Assembly: GCA_951406725.2 (NCBI GenBank) | Contig: OX597828.1 | Coordinates: forward strand, 66,774,001 to 66,838,000 | Origin: Octopus vulgaris | Taxonomy: Eukaryota | DNA: 64,000 bases | Reading direction: 5' to 3' | Part shown: one piece after another, positions 13,852 through 26,419 of the stretch | How positions within the stretch are numbered: position 1 is the first letter of the stretch | How the letters are laid out: the number at the start of each line of letters is the position of its first letter | Translations under genes and position numbers: made by a program | Notes under the pieces: model-generated | The model's input: the letters and a program-made list of their open reading frames with translations, nothing else | Told to the model about the DNA's origin: nothing | Database searches by the model: none

Positions 13852-16062
13852 AAACCAGCATATAAAATTAGATGCAAAACTCATGATGGGGATTTACAGA
13901 TGCACACACTCTTAATAGAATGAGTCTTAAGGGGGAAAAGCAATAAAAATAATAGTTTCCACTCATTTTATTGATTGATTTGCATTAAAGCAAATAGTAT
14001 AAATTTCCTGTTTTTTGTTAAGTAGACCTCACCAGTGCTGGTGCCATGTAAAATGACACCCAGCTGTAAAAACCGTGCCAAAACAGACCTTGCTAGTGTT
14101 GGTACCACGTAATAAGTATTTAGTCCACTCCATAAGGTGGTTGGTGTTAGGAAGGGCAACCAGCTGTAAAAATCATGCCAAAACAGACAGTGAAACCAGG
14201 TGCAGTCTTCTGGCTAGCCAGCTAACCCTTAAAAGGATGAAAGGCAAAGTTAACCTCACAAAGATTTGAACTCAGAGTGCAGAGAGAGGAAACAAATGTG
14301 AGACGTTCTATCCACCACTCTAATGACCGCTAATTTGCAGCCTCTGATGTGGTTAATATTTGCCAAATAGAATCTCTGTACTTGACTCATATATGCATTT
14401 TGTGGTTTATTAGAGGGGACCCTAAAAAATATTTTGTTGATAAAGTAGATAACCTAATTACACTGGTTCAGGTACCTTAATTTTTACCTAAGCTTCTTAT
14501 CAATTTTTGTTAAGCTGCTTTTCAATTTGTGATGCTCTTTTATGCATCCAAATCCATTATATATATACTGTAGGGATTGTTTTTTTTGTTTAAGCCATTA
14601 TTGATATAACTTCCACAAAAATTTATCATACCTCCATAAAAAGCTGCTTGTAGCTAACTACTGTGATTCCAGAAAGAAAAGAAACAATAACATGTCTGCT
14701 TTACAGCTCTGTGCAGCCCTTTCAAGCCAGTGAAAAAAACTATTTACCCATCATAAATGCTTTCAAGAAGTGCAATTCTGCAAAATTGTCCGTTAAATTG
14801 TCCATTAAATACCCCACCTTCCCCTCATGCAATACAATAGCCACTAAAACCTACGGAGCCACAGATCTTTCAGAGTCACTGCAATATAAATGAGTTATGT
14901 AGCTGATGTTGAAATAAATATTGGCACAGCTTTTGTATGTGTGTGTGTCTGTGTACACACACATATGCAAACTTTTGAATACTGAAATGGCATTGATCTA
15001 GCTTTAAATCAATCGCATTGTCTGCTAAGCGTTACAGATGTGCAACTACCAGCAGTCATTCAAGCTGATCACTCTCAGAGTAATTGCAAAAAAGAAAAGC
15101 ATTAAAAAAAAAGACACAAAAAAAAAAACCTTAGCGAATTTGTAGGATATTGCTTGGCATTAAACTGAAATAAAGAACACTCATTATTAATGTATTGTTC
15201 ATTGTTTGTCCTCAGAGAAACGGCACAGAACTGAGAATGTCATTTTGCAGACGCATCTAATATGTAAAATCAACATTGAATAATAATGATACCAGGTGTT
15301 TCTTAATTCTTTCTACCTAGGATCACCAGAAGTTTTTGAAGGACATCAAATCTATTAAGTTTACCATAAACTGTTTCATTATTAAAATGCACTAATTTTA
15401 TGCCTATAATTTTGTCTTATTGCTTTCAGTCAATCCTTCCAAAAATGAATTTCAAATCAAATACACTTTGTTTCATTATATACACACACACACACACACG
15501 ACAGGATCCTTTCACTTTCTGTCAACCAAATCCACTTGCAAGGTTTTAATTGGCCGGAGGCTATAGTAGAAGACACTTGCCCACAGTGCAACGCAGTGGG
15601 ACTAAACCTAGATTCATGTGATTGGGAAGCAGGCTTCTTATCATTCAGCCACGCCTAATATGAATTAGAAGCGGCACTAGTGTTGTAAGCATCATCAACC
15701 ACACATAAAGTATGTATTTTGCTAAAATGCAGCCAACTGGTGAACGAGCAAAGCACATACACTGTTCATTATTGTTTCTTTATTGTTTTCACGTATTTCT
15801 GTATGTTTATTCGTGTACATCATCCGTTTTCCATCCTTGTGTTGTATACATTCGAAGCTTTCTTGCAAGGGATCTAATGCGCTTAGCTTAGATTTCCCTT
15901 GGGGGCTGCCCAGGTCGGAGCAATCTCAAGATTAATCAGCCGAAATTGCGAAGATGATCCGGTTCTTGACTGATGACTTCGAATGTCCCGTCCTGTGGTT
16001 CTTGTGTCGTTTTCTAGGTGTTTCACATTCTTGTCCCAGTTTGTATATATTTTTTACTTTTT

Positions 16063-16097
<35 letters not shown>

Positions 16098-16101
<4 letters not shown>

Positions 16102-16270
16102 ATCCAAACATGAAAACCCAAAGAGAGAAAACAACAACGCGAGGACGTGGAACAAGTATAGTGTTATTGGATGCTCAGGAAAGGAAAGAAAGAAGGAGGA
16201 TTTAATGTTTCGAGTGGAACTCTTTGTCAGAAACATAGAAAAAGGGAAGATCCAAGGAAAGGAAGACAGA
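16098..16270 (-). repeat. Penelope-like repeat end with CpG-decayed hammerhead core
   Basis: Minus strand 16234-16201: GTTT-CTGACAA-A-GAGT-TCC-ACTC-GAAA-CATT-AAA; follows a (TA)n run. Confidence 0.5.
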
Positions 16271-19200
16271 AGAAAAAAAAAAAAAAAAAATCGCTTATGA
16301 TACACACACACATTTTGAACATCTCTAAGCAATTTTCCCCAATGGACATGTGGCTTTCCCTCTTTTCATGTCCCTGATTACTTTGTCCTGCTGCTGTCAA
16401 CTTGAATTGCTGGCCCCTCTGAAAAACCAGCAGGAGGTAGCCCTTCTTAATTCTATGTCTTCTCCACATTCAGCAGCCTCTTATAATAGCATTTCCATGC
16501 CACTTCCTTGTGTTCAACATCAATGACAAGTATGCCTTCATCATTTTGAGTTCTCTTCTCGCCAATGACATTTCAATTTTCTCTCTCACAGTCTCACAAT
16601 TCTAAACAACTTCACATCTCTGCAGGATATGCATAAACCTCTTCTTTACTGCCTTACCTTTAGCCATATGTACCTGTAACTTGGCAACTCTTCTAGCCAT
16701 CAGGTAATGCTCATCTCTTAACCTTTACTGCTTCATCAACTGTATCATTCCAACATCACATGGCATTCAGGTTTGGCTGGGACTTCGCTCCAGCCACATC
16801 TGATCTGTAACTCTAAGGAGGTTATTTCATGGGATTCACAGGAGTTTCCGGTTGCCATCTATACTACAAATTTCCAAATCTTCCTCCCTTCACCCATATG
16901 CATGAATTAGAATTTCTTTAAACCTATTCTCAACTGCAGGCTCTTTTAGTTTCCATATCTTGGCATAAAGTCACCTGCCCCTCTTTATCCAGCCATAGAA
17001 ATCATGTCAAAGCTGACACTGGAACTCGACACAACCCTGTGGCTCGCCAACATGCAAAACAGACGTTAAATGATGATAATTGTTTTCCTTCTCGATGTCG
17101 GCTTTCGTTTCTATCTGCCTTGCTGACTCTGAAGCCAACTAGCCACTAATCATCAGAAAATGTGTTGGTATTTAACCCTTCTGTCCAGTTTGCTAGTGAG
17201 GATGTAATCTCTTTGTCAGATTGGGTGGCGGTGAGGAAGTCAGCTGGTTTCCTAAAGTGTCTGTTGCAAATTGTTTGACCAGTAATTTCCAAATAATCGA
17301 ATATTTAGCGCAAGGAAAGGGCATTAAACCAGTAAAACCAGTTAGCCCCTCGAAGAGCCGCCAACACACAGAAATAATTTTAAACAAAAGCATTACATGC
17401 CCGTGTAAGAAAAAAAAAAAGAATAGGAGAGTGGGATCCAAAATTATCAAGAGATTTCGGCTAAATGGAAACTACATTATCAGCATAAATTAGTAGTAGT
17501 AACATGACATCATTGAACTTGTCGCAGTCAATCAGAAGAACAATACAAAAATATATAAAATATTCGTTATGATTTTGGCAATGTTGTGTGAAAATGTTAC
17601 CTGATGAGTCCAATCTACTTTCGTAAAAAGATATCTAATTATAAAGGACCAAACAACTGCAGGTATATCAACACGTGATTTCTCCCCGATGTCAGTTTTC
17701 TTTTAATTACACGAACAGAAACACATCTCTTCGTAAACCAGTGGATTTTGTTAATAAAATGTTGAATAAAATTCTTAATACGAAAATTAGTTAATTTTTT
17801 TGATTTCTTCATTAATGTCAAAGCTCATATAAGTGTAACATCGAGTCCTAATTTCGGTTCACCAATATTCTCATTTATATCCTACACAAGCACGGACTCA
17901 AATTTACATAAATAGGAAAGGAAAACGAGTTTGACATGAGTGCCTTTCTCAAGGGCATTAGCGATGTGAGAAATGAAGAGGCTACACAAGGAATTGAAAC
18001 TGAATTATCGGCACGGTCAGCTGCATTACACGCCTACGGTACTCGCTTAACATTGTCAATAACTTTATCTTACATAACACATACACATTGTACGGCATAG
18101 AAAGATTAAGCCAAATCAGTGGTGGTGGTGGTAGTTGCTTGAAAGCTATAGCTACCAACGATAGCTTGGTCCGCAAATATTCATTAGTTATTAACAAAAA
18201 CCAAAGCATAATACTAATAAAATGTATTCCTTAATTTGGTATAAATCCAAGTTTTAGAAGAGTGAGATCAGGATTTTTGAAATGATCGAAGAGGAACAGC
18301 TTCAACTAGAAATTTGAATTTAATGTTGCATCACAATTTCTAACACAAGTACAATGCAAGAAATATTAACGGGTAGGAAGAATAATCGATTATATCGATC
18401 CAGTACATGATACTTATTTTATCGACCTCAGCGGGATAAAAGCGACGTTTCTTAGTATTGGAACAAATCCTGAAATTTAAGGAGAGCGATCCTAGTACAC
18501 TTGACTAGTACTTTATTCGACCTCAGAAAGATGATGAAAGGCAAAGTTGACCTCGGTAGTGTTTTAAACTCAGACTGTAAGAAGCTGGTACAAATACCGA
18601 AGAGCATTCTTGCTCGACGCTCAAACGTTTTTGTTGGACTCAATTTGTTCGATTTATGAAAAATTGAAGAAATGAGACGATGCGACACATTCAGAGAACG
18701 AGGAACGTTCAAATGAAATGGACAAGTATTTCGGCAGTTTATGCTGTAACTATATGTCATACACGAGCAGAATATTTTCTTTGGTGACAACACGAATTAA
18801 AATGTATACAACTAAGCCCTAATCCAATTAATTAACATGATTGTCCTTAAATCGACATCCTTAACAGCTCTCGAATTCTAGACTTTCCAAGTTACATGTT
18901 CAATGTTAACATGACGGGCAAACGAAGTCTTGGAAACTCGATATGCTAGAAATGACAGCCAAGTTACACCCCCACCGTTTTAACAAAGACACTGGATAAT
19001 GTCATCTAGATATTGTTGTATTTAAAAAGGGCAATTATGGTTGTTATACATTTTATAGAACTGCTTGATCAGAGCTGTCCTGAGGCAAAACAACCAATAA
19101 TAACGGTAAATCTTTCAATGGCCAAATTCGATCGATTAAAAGAAGACTAGAGATAGAACAGCTGGGAATATTGATGTGGGTAGAAGAAAAAGAGAAAGGA

Positions 19201-19421
19201 TAACAAATGAGGGAAGAGTAGTTGTTCGTAATTAATTATATGGACAATTTAATAAATAATGATTAGGTTTTAGTTTGAAATAAACGAAACAACTCGAAAG
19301 GAAGGAAGCAACGTGTTGCCGATTGCCGGCAAAACTGAAACTCTGTAAAGAAAAAACAAGAAAAGGAAACAATCTGAAGGTATAGGGAAAGAAAGAGAAG
19401 AATAAATAAAGCAATACTGAC

Positions 19422-19475
19422 TCCATATCGTTTCGACAGCAAACACTGAGGCCGTAGGATCTTCAGCAAACTCAT
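19422..19475 (-). CDS. STOML2: Stomatin-like protein 2, coding exon 1 (probable mitochondrial presequence start)
   Basis: aaaATG AGT..TAT GGA|gtcagt; MSLLKILRPQCLLSKRYG is basic with no acidic residues; phase 0 fits exon 2; next to a CpG-rich promoter-like region. Implies a 12.6-kb intron 1. Confidence 0.75.
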
Positions 19476-19539
19476 TTTTGATTTCGCGCAAGAAAAATTA
19501 AAGCTGCACTCGAGAAACGTTAAGTCACAACCTTCGAGT

Positions 19540-19655
19540 AACGGAAGTCGGAGCAATTACTACAGTTGCGCGCGTCATGTGACTCGCACTTCCGTTTTCC
19601 CAAACCGGGTTTCGGTTTATATAACAATGACATGTGAAGGCTTCACATGTCATAA
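19540..19655. promoter_or_regulatory. Putative STOML2 proximal promoter
   Basis: ETS-type CGGAAGT (19542-19548) and ACTTCCG (19588-19594), E/M-box GTCATGTGAC (19574-19583), perfect palindrome ATGACATGTGAAG-G-CTTCACATGTCAT (19627-19653), retained CpGs. Confidence 0.5.
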
Positions 19656-20427
19656 ATCAATAAATACGGGCATCGAGAATTATTGTGATAATAATAATAA
19701 AGTGGAAATATTGACAAAAATTTCATCAGATTCCTGTTAACAACGGCGATTACACTTTTGCAGGAATTTTTTCGGTTTAAGACCTAAAAATGAAAGAAAA
19801 TTATCTTAAAAGCAATCGACATTAAAAAACTGAAATTGGTAAAAAAAAAAAATAAATAAATAAATAAACAAAAAACTTTTCAGTTTAATTCTCAGAATCT
19901 CCGCAATTTTAAGCATAGAATCTCCACCACTACACCAATTTTTGTTTTTTCGCAAAAAAGTTAAAAACGAAAAATTGGGAGGTGGGGTGGAGGAACTGAA
20001 AAATTAAGAATGCAAATTGGCGTTTTTATACCGAAGGATCGCCAAAATTTAATTATGTGAAAAAATTCGATGCTCTCGCCCACAACACTTGCGATCTGTA
20101 TCAGGTTGGCGAATATGCCAATATATGTTGTACTGGGTAGGACGGTGAGCTGGCAGAATCGTTAACACACCGAGCGAAATGCTTAGAGATATTTCGTCAG
20201 CCACTACGTTCTGAGTTGAAATTCCGCCTAGGTTGACTTTGCCTTTCATCCTTTTCAGGGTCGATTAAATAGGTACAATTTACGCACTGAGGTCGATGTA
20301 ATCGACTTAATCCCTTTGTCCTTGTTTGGGCAATAAAGAAATAAATATATGTTCTGGGTATCGTTAGCACGCCGGACAAAATGCTTAGCGTCATTTCGTC
20401 GTCTTATATCTCATATACAAAATTAAA

Positions 20428-20849
20428 GGATCTTTTCGGTTTGAACGGCAGTTTTTTCTAGCGGTGTCATATGAAATTGTCACCCATAATTATGACCCTA
20501 GTATCGATTTATTGCATTTCAATCTGTTTTAGGGTTAGGGGGAAGCGTATCTTTTTTTTCTTCAGAAATGTAAATAAACCCAATCTATTTCTTAAACGAG
20601 GGACATATTCATACGGCACAGAATGTTTTCACTTCAATAGATGTCATTGATTGGTTGAAATTGCAGAAAAAAAAACCCAACAAATATCTTACAAACTACA
20701 GAATTTCAAAATGAAAAAATCCTAATTTTCTCAATAAAGCCAAGAGAAAAAGATGTTTTATAAACACATTCTACCAGTATACGAAGTTTCAAAGTGTTTA
20801 GTTACGTGGAAATTATTTTTAAAAACTGCCATTCAAACCGAAAAGATTC
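20428..20849. mobile_element. MITE with ~28-bp terminal inverted repeats
   Basis: GGATCTTTTCGGTTTGAACGGCAGTTTT ... AAAACTGCCATTCAAACCGAAAAGATTCC. Confidence 0.75.
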
Positions 20850-21347
20850 CACGGATGGATTCTCATCCTCATTCTATTTGAAGAGACTTGGGGAGATAGT
20901 ATGGTAAAATAATTTGATACATTTCAAGGCATAGCTCCAAAAGTGTGCTCCTCGACTTTGTTGTCACATAACGTCCAGAAATATGAATATTTTGGATGAA
21001 ATTTACGGCAAATACACTCCAGATGATGTAGATTCCGATTATATTGGAATTTGTTGTGAAAAAAAAAAAGAAAGAAAAAAAAATTCGTGATTGGGAAAGG
21101 AATTTCTGAAAATTCACACGCGTCAGGTTTGTTTCCTCATAGCTTTTCTGAAGATTTGGTATTTTTCAACGAAATTCTATATAGATACCTTTCAGAGTGT
21201 GTAGATTACGATCATATGGGAATTTAAGATGAAAAGCAAAATTGGTGGACTCGTACACATATATCTACAAAGTGAAACTGGAAATTTGGAACAAAAATTG
21301 ATGCATTAGTATATGTGTGTGTGTACGTGCTCACCAATCCACCCCCA

Positions 21348-21734
21348 TCTTTATATATAAAAGTAAGGTTGTGTGCTGTCTATCTCCTACGATTTAGATT
21401 CCTAACTACTCCCGCATTTTGCGGTGCAGTTTAACCAAAACCGGGTATCTTATAGTCGTGATTCATATCGAGCCCTTCTGGGTATTAGCGCGCGTCTACC
21501 ACGAGTCTACGATTAAAAAAAAAAATTTACCATCATTTTTCCATTTTAATGTATTTTTTTCGCTATTATATAAGAGAAGTAACTCTCTAAAAATGTCTAC
21601 GATGAGTCAACGATTTAAAAAAAAATTTACCTTTTTTTTCCAATTTTTTTGCTATCTTTTGGCTATAACTCTCTAAAAATGCTTATATAGTTATTTCCCT
21701 TACAAACCCGAGCAACGCCGGGTGATATTGCTAG
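21348..21734 (+). mobile_element. Non-autonomous Helitron
   Basis: A|TCTTTATATATAAAAG start, subterminal hairpin CCCGAGCAACGCCGGG, CTAG|T end, inserted at an A/T dinucleotide with no TSD. Confidence 0.8.
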
Positions 21735-22912
21735 TTAATAATAATACAATCGTTGATAACTAGAAAATTTCATTAAAAAATACCCATTTTTTGAAAGTTA
21801 TGAGGTAACAAAGCCGAATCGTGTGAATTTTCCGAAACTCCTCACATCACCCTCAGGAAAAAAATTCAACACAAATTCCAATATAATCGGAATCTACACC
21901 ATCTGAAGCGTATTTGTGAAGAATTTCATTGAAAAATATACATATTTTTCTAGAAGTTATGAGGCAACAAAGTCAGATGGGCACATATGTGGAGGTATGC
22001 CCAATTTAAATTGTACGAAACCTCACTAACGGTTTCTTGATCTCAAATGGAGTGAGGGCAAATACAAACAAATACCGCCGCAAATGTCAGTCAGGTACCA
22101 AACTCCAGAAAAGCTATCAACGTCGAAATCTAAGGGATAATTCATGTTCTTTCCATTTCTCTTCCGAGCTATACCGAATCTCTCGAATAATTTGAGAGGG
22201 AAGCTTCCATCTAGCTCGAACTACTGACTAATTTAAGACCAATCTTTATTCCCAAATAATATCAAGAAGTTGATCCCATCCTTTCCTATTGGACTTAGCC
22301 CACCTTCATCAATCATCTTGACCACCACATCTCCTAAGTCGGCTGGAATTGATTTTTGAATGTTTCACAAAGCTCAATAACAAATTTTTTTCGAGAGTAT
22401 TCTCCCCTTCATACGTCAGTTGGATCTCCTTAAGCTTACTGATTGTATCTATCCTTAACAGTTGGGTGTGATTGGAGGCGACCCTCTCTCTTCGGAACTC
22501 AAGCCTTTAGTTCGGGGTTTTTGAATGAAACTGGGATGTGAAGCAGTAGAGTATGCCACGAGGACATTCGTGAGCACTACTTGTGAGGTCCCCCAGGGCA
22601 GTTCTCAAACTTGATTTTTAAAAATGTTTAAAATTCAACCAGTCGCGATATCTTCCTCAGCTCACTGAAAGTAGGGTGCTCAAGGGCTTTACCATTTTAC
22701 TGGTAGGCTTAACAGGAGCCCTTTCATATCTCACTTAGCGATCCCTTTGTTGTTTGCCATGTGTGCACTGAGCGTCGATGTGATATATTCGAAGAAAATA
22801 ACCTCACTAAAATTTCAGTTTCCAAGTATTTCATTAACCTGTACCGTTTATATTTATAAGTAAACACCTTAATAAATTAATGGAACAGCTAATGATTCAT
22901 ATCTATATATTG

Positions 22913-23495
22913 TCCATAAAGGGCTAAACATAGAGGGGACAAAGAAGGACAAAGGGATTAAGTCGATTACATCGACCCAGTACGCAACTGGTACTTAATT
23001 TATCGACCCGGAAAAGATGAAAGGCAAAGTGAACCTCGGCGGAATTTGAACTTAGAACGTAAAGACAGGCAAAATACCTATTTCTTTACTACCCACAAGG
23101 GGCTAAACACAGAGGGGACAAACAAGGACAGACAAAGGGATTAAGTCGATTACATCGACCCCAGTGCGTAACTGGTACTTATTTAATCGACCTCGAAAGG
23201 ATGAAAGGCAAAGTGGACCTCGGCGGAATTTGAACTCAGAACGTAGTGGCAGACGAAATACCTATTTCTTTACTACCCACAAAAGACAAAACACAGAGGG
23301 GACAAACAAGGAGAGACAAAGGGATTAAGTCGATTATATCGACCCCAGTGCGTAACTAGTACTTAATTTATCGACCCCGAAAAGATGAAAGGCAAAGTAG
23401 ACCTCGGCGGAATTTGAACTTAGAACGTAACGGCAGACGAAATACGGCTAAGCATTTCGCCCGGCGTGTTAACGTTTCTGCCAGCTCGCCGCCTT
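22913..23495 (-). repeat. Head-to-tail trimer of the Nin-like SINE (~184-bp period)
   Basis: TATTTCTTTACTACCCACAA recurs at 23079 and 23263; only the rightmost unit keeps the GGCGGCGAGCTGGCAGAA head. Confidence 0.85.
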
Positions 23496-23826
23496 CACGG
23501 GTTCTACAAGACATTAAAATGGCAATGAGAAACCTATGACAGAAGTTGCTCTGCCGAATCTCCCAATAGTTACTTTCAAGTCAGAATATAAAATCTTTAT
23601 TTATAGTTTATATGTTGATCCATAAATTAGTGTGAGGTAACTGATTACTTTCTAACAAATATTAATTATTGGTATGTGAAGACATCAACAATTGAAAGAA
23701 GAAAGTTTTGATGGTGTATTAAGAAGTGTATCAAGCCACCGACGAATGAAATTGACTCGACGAATAGTTTGCTTTTAGAGAGGTGAAGGCCTGAGCCAAG
23801 CGACCAAGGTGAAGGCCGTAGTTAAA

Positions 23827-23916
23827 ATGGCGCCTGCGGAGGACGAGTCGAGTGAAGAAAACATTCTTTACAATCTCACTGTACATGCCGAATGGAAAGT
23901 GGATGCAGAACCATTT
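23827..23916 (+). CDS. NBAS: NBAS coding exon 1
   Basis: aaaATGGCG start; MAPAEDESSEENILYNLTVHAEWKVDAEPF|gtaaat resembles the NBAS N-terminus (EETILYDLLVNTEW); 90 nt, phase 0. Confidence 0.9.
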
Positions 23917-26419
23917 GTAAATATTTATTTTAACGTATACTTTTGTTTTAGCATTAATTTTTCATTTCATTTGAATACTGATGGCTATTTTTTGCTGTAC
24001 ATAAACTTCCAAGTGTTGCTTCTACGTGTCTGCTTTGGCTAAGTTGGCAGGTTCTTTTTTCATAAGCCATCATTTTCGTATCTTTTTAGTTTGTCTTAAT
24101 TGTGTATTTGTCTCTACTCTCAACAGAACTGTTTGATTTTCTGTTTATTCATCAATATTTTTTGTTTTCAAGTACTCCTTCTTGTCAATCGGACGCGTGT
24201 TAATTGCTGACTTAAGTGTTTCTTAATCACGATCACTTATTCGACATGACACAACAGTTAATTAACTTCTTAAAATCATATTTTGATTCTTAAAAATAAA
24301 TGTTCCAACGAATTTCCTTGGTAATTCGGAATATGATGATTAAATATTGTTTAATTGCTATCTATGTATATTACTTTTATAGAAACCTATTGAGTATAAT
24401 CTTTCAGATATATTAGTAAGTCACTATATATATATGCATCAAATGAAATAAAAAACCTATATATATATGTATGTATATGTATTGAATTTGGCTTATCCCC
24501 ATTGTGATAAGAACGTTTATTTTACCATGCTTGCATAGTATTTCATGGAACGTTGAGATCTTCGAAAACGTATATAGTGTCAAAAAGCTAAAGTGTATAT
24601 ATGTGTATATATTGTTCCTTCTAAGTATTACTTTTAGCTACGTTTGGTTTTGATATAGAGGGCATTCCCGAAGTGGTGTTTATATGAAGTGTTTATTTTG
24701 TTGCATTGCTCTTCCTAAGCTGCAGATACATTTCTTCTTATTACCAACATCGTTGCTAATTTAAACCTTACTTCATCATAACTTTAATTTTAAATGCTGG
24801 CTTCACACGATACAATAAACACCTCATAGTCACGTTGTTTATATATGTATTTGTCTACTCATTATTATTATTATTAACGAACCAGAACAGTAACCATTCC
24901 TGACAGACATTTACAACAACTGATTATTGAGTATTTGTGGCAATCATGCTTTTCTTAAGAGCATTAGGGACTCTAATGAAGCGCCCGCGACCCTGTCGTG
25001 ATTCATTAATAATAATAATAGGGTATCTCGACCATCTAGAAATGACAGCCAAATATCCCTCAAATCACACCCTATCGTCTTTAAAGAGGAAGGACACATT
25101 GGGTTTTATATACACCTAAAAAAGACTAAAGTGACGTCTTTAATCATAAGTCTACTGATCCGCTTTCAATTAGGACTAAACATTAACAAAAATTCTGCTG
25201 GACGAGCCAACGAAGAAACCACTACTTGGTTGCTTGATCTGGTAGAAATAGTAGTTAGGTCTATCTCAAATAACCCCATATCATCTTAAAAAGAAAGATG
25301 TATTCGACAATATTGTCATGGTTATAACAAAAAGCTGCTCTATGGAAACGGCGTTGATTGTTGTGATTCTTCTCAAGGGCTGACTCGGGACTAAATTTTA
25401 TTAAACTAAGCATAAAGACAGTTTTGTAAAATGTGTATATTTGACTCCGTATCTCACTGCTACGAATTTCATCAACACCAGGAGAATGAAAAGTAAGACT
25501 GACTTAGTATAATTTCACCATGAACTGTGAGACACAGCTAAACATATGGTTCCTTTTGCTGTAGTGTCTACTTTCACAATACAAACTTTTGGGTAATTTG
25601 TTTGGCGGCCGTGGAAGTTTTTCAGTTATTTTCTTTCTTGTCAAGATATTGTGCTGTGGTCAGCTTGTTTAGTTTAGGGGATTTTTTTTTGTTCGACCGA
25701 CTACATGCATCGGTTAGTTTAGGATTTTGTCTTTTTTTTTGTATTCAGACTGACTAATTCCAGGATGGTTTGGTTGCTGTTTCCAAATGTTAAGCGATAG
25801 GAAAGAGGTTCCTTGGTAAAGTAAAATAATAGAAATTGTTCAATTATTATTTATTACGAGTTCAAATATCAGAATGATAATTTTTTTATGAGGTAGACAA
25901 AAATAAGCAAAATTTTAACTAATGCCAACCTCATAATTTTTGCAGTATTCTGCGAATTGGCTCTTTTACTTTGAGATAAGAAGTCTTTGCTTTTGAAAGT
26001 GTCTCATATTTTAACCTTTGCTCTGACACCTCATCATTAATTCACACTGTATTTTAGTTAACCATATATATTCCGCGGTATATATACCATGTCGCCTTAC
26101 TAGCACTTGTGCTGGTGGCATGTGAAATATTCAAGCGAGGTCATCGCCAGTGCTGCTGGACTGGCTCCTGTGCAGGTGGCACGTAAAAAGCACCATCTGG
26201 GCGTGGCTGTTGCCAGTACCACCATACTGGCCCTCGTGCAGGTGGCACGTAAAAGTACCTACTACACTCTCGGAGTGGTTGGCATTAGGAAGGACATCCA
26301 GCTGTAGAAACTCTGCCAGATCAGATTGGAGCCTGGTGCAGCCATCTGGTTCGCCAGACCTCAGTCAAATCGTCCAACCCATGCTAGCATGGAAAGCAGA
26401 AGTTAAATGATGATGATTC

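Noticed and set aside
17221-17493. 90-aa plus-strand ORF in STOML2 intron 1
   Set aside because: TTG start, poly-A-derived lysines, no recognisable domain and no partner exons.
19263-19556. 97-aa ORF as a full first exon
   Set aside because: It starts at a non-ATG codon and runs through the GTCAGT donor into pyrimidine-rich intron; only 19475-19422 fits.
20528-20541. Telomeric TTAGGG repeat
   Set aside because: Only two units, internal to a MITE; a similar degenerate run occurs at about 45893-45911.
21144-21182. CTGAAGA..CGAAA hammerhead-like match
   Set aside because: The closing pair of stem II is a T-C mismatch and there is no convincing stem I or III.
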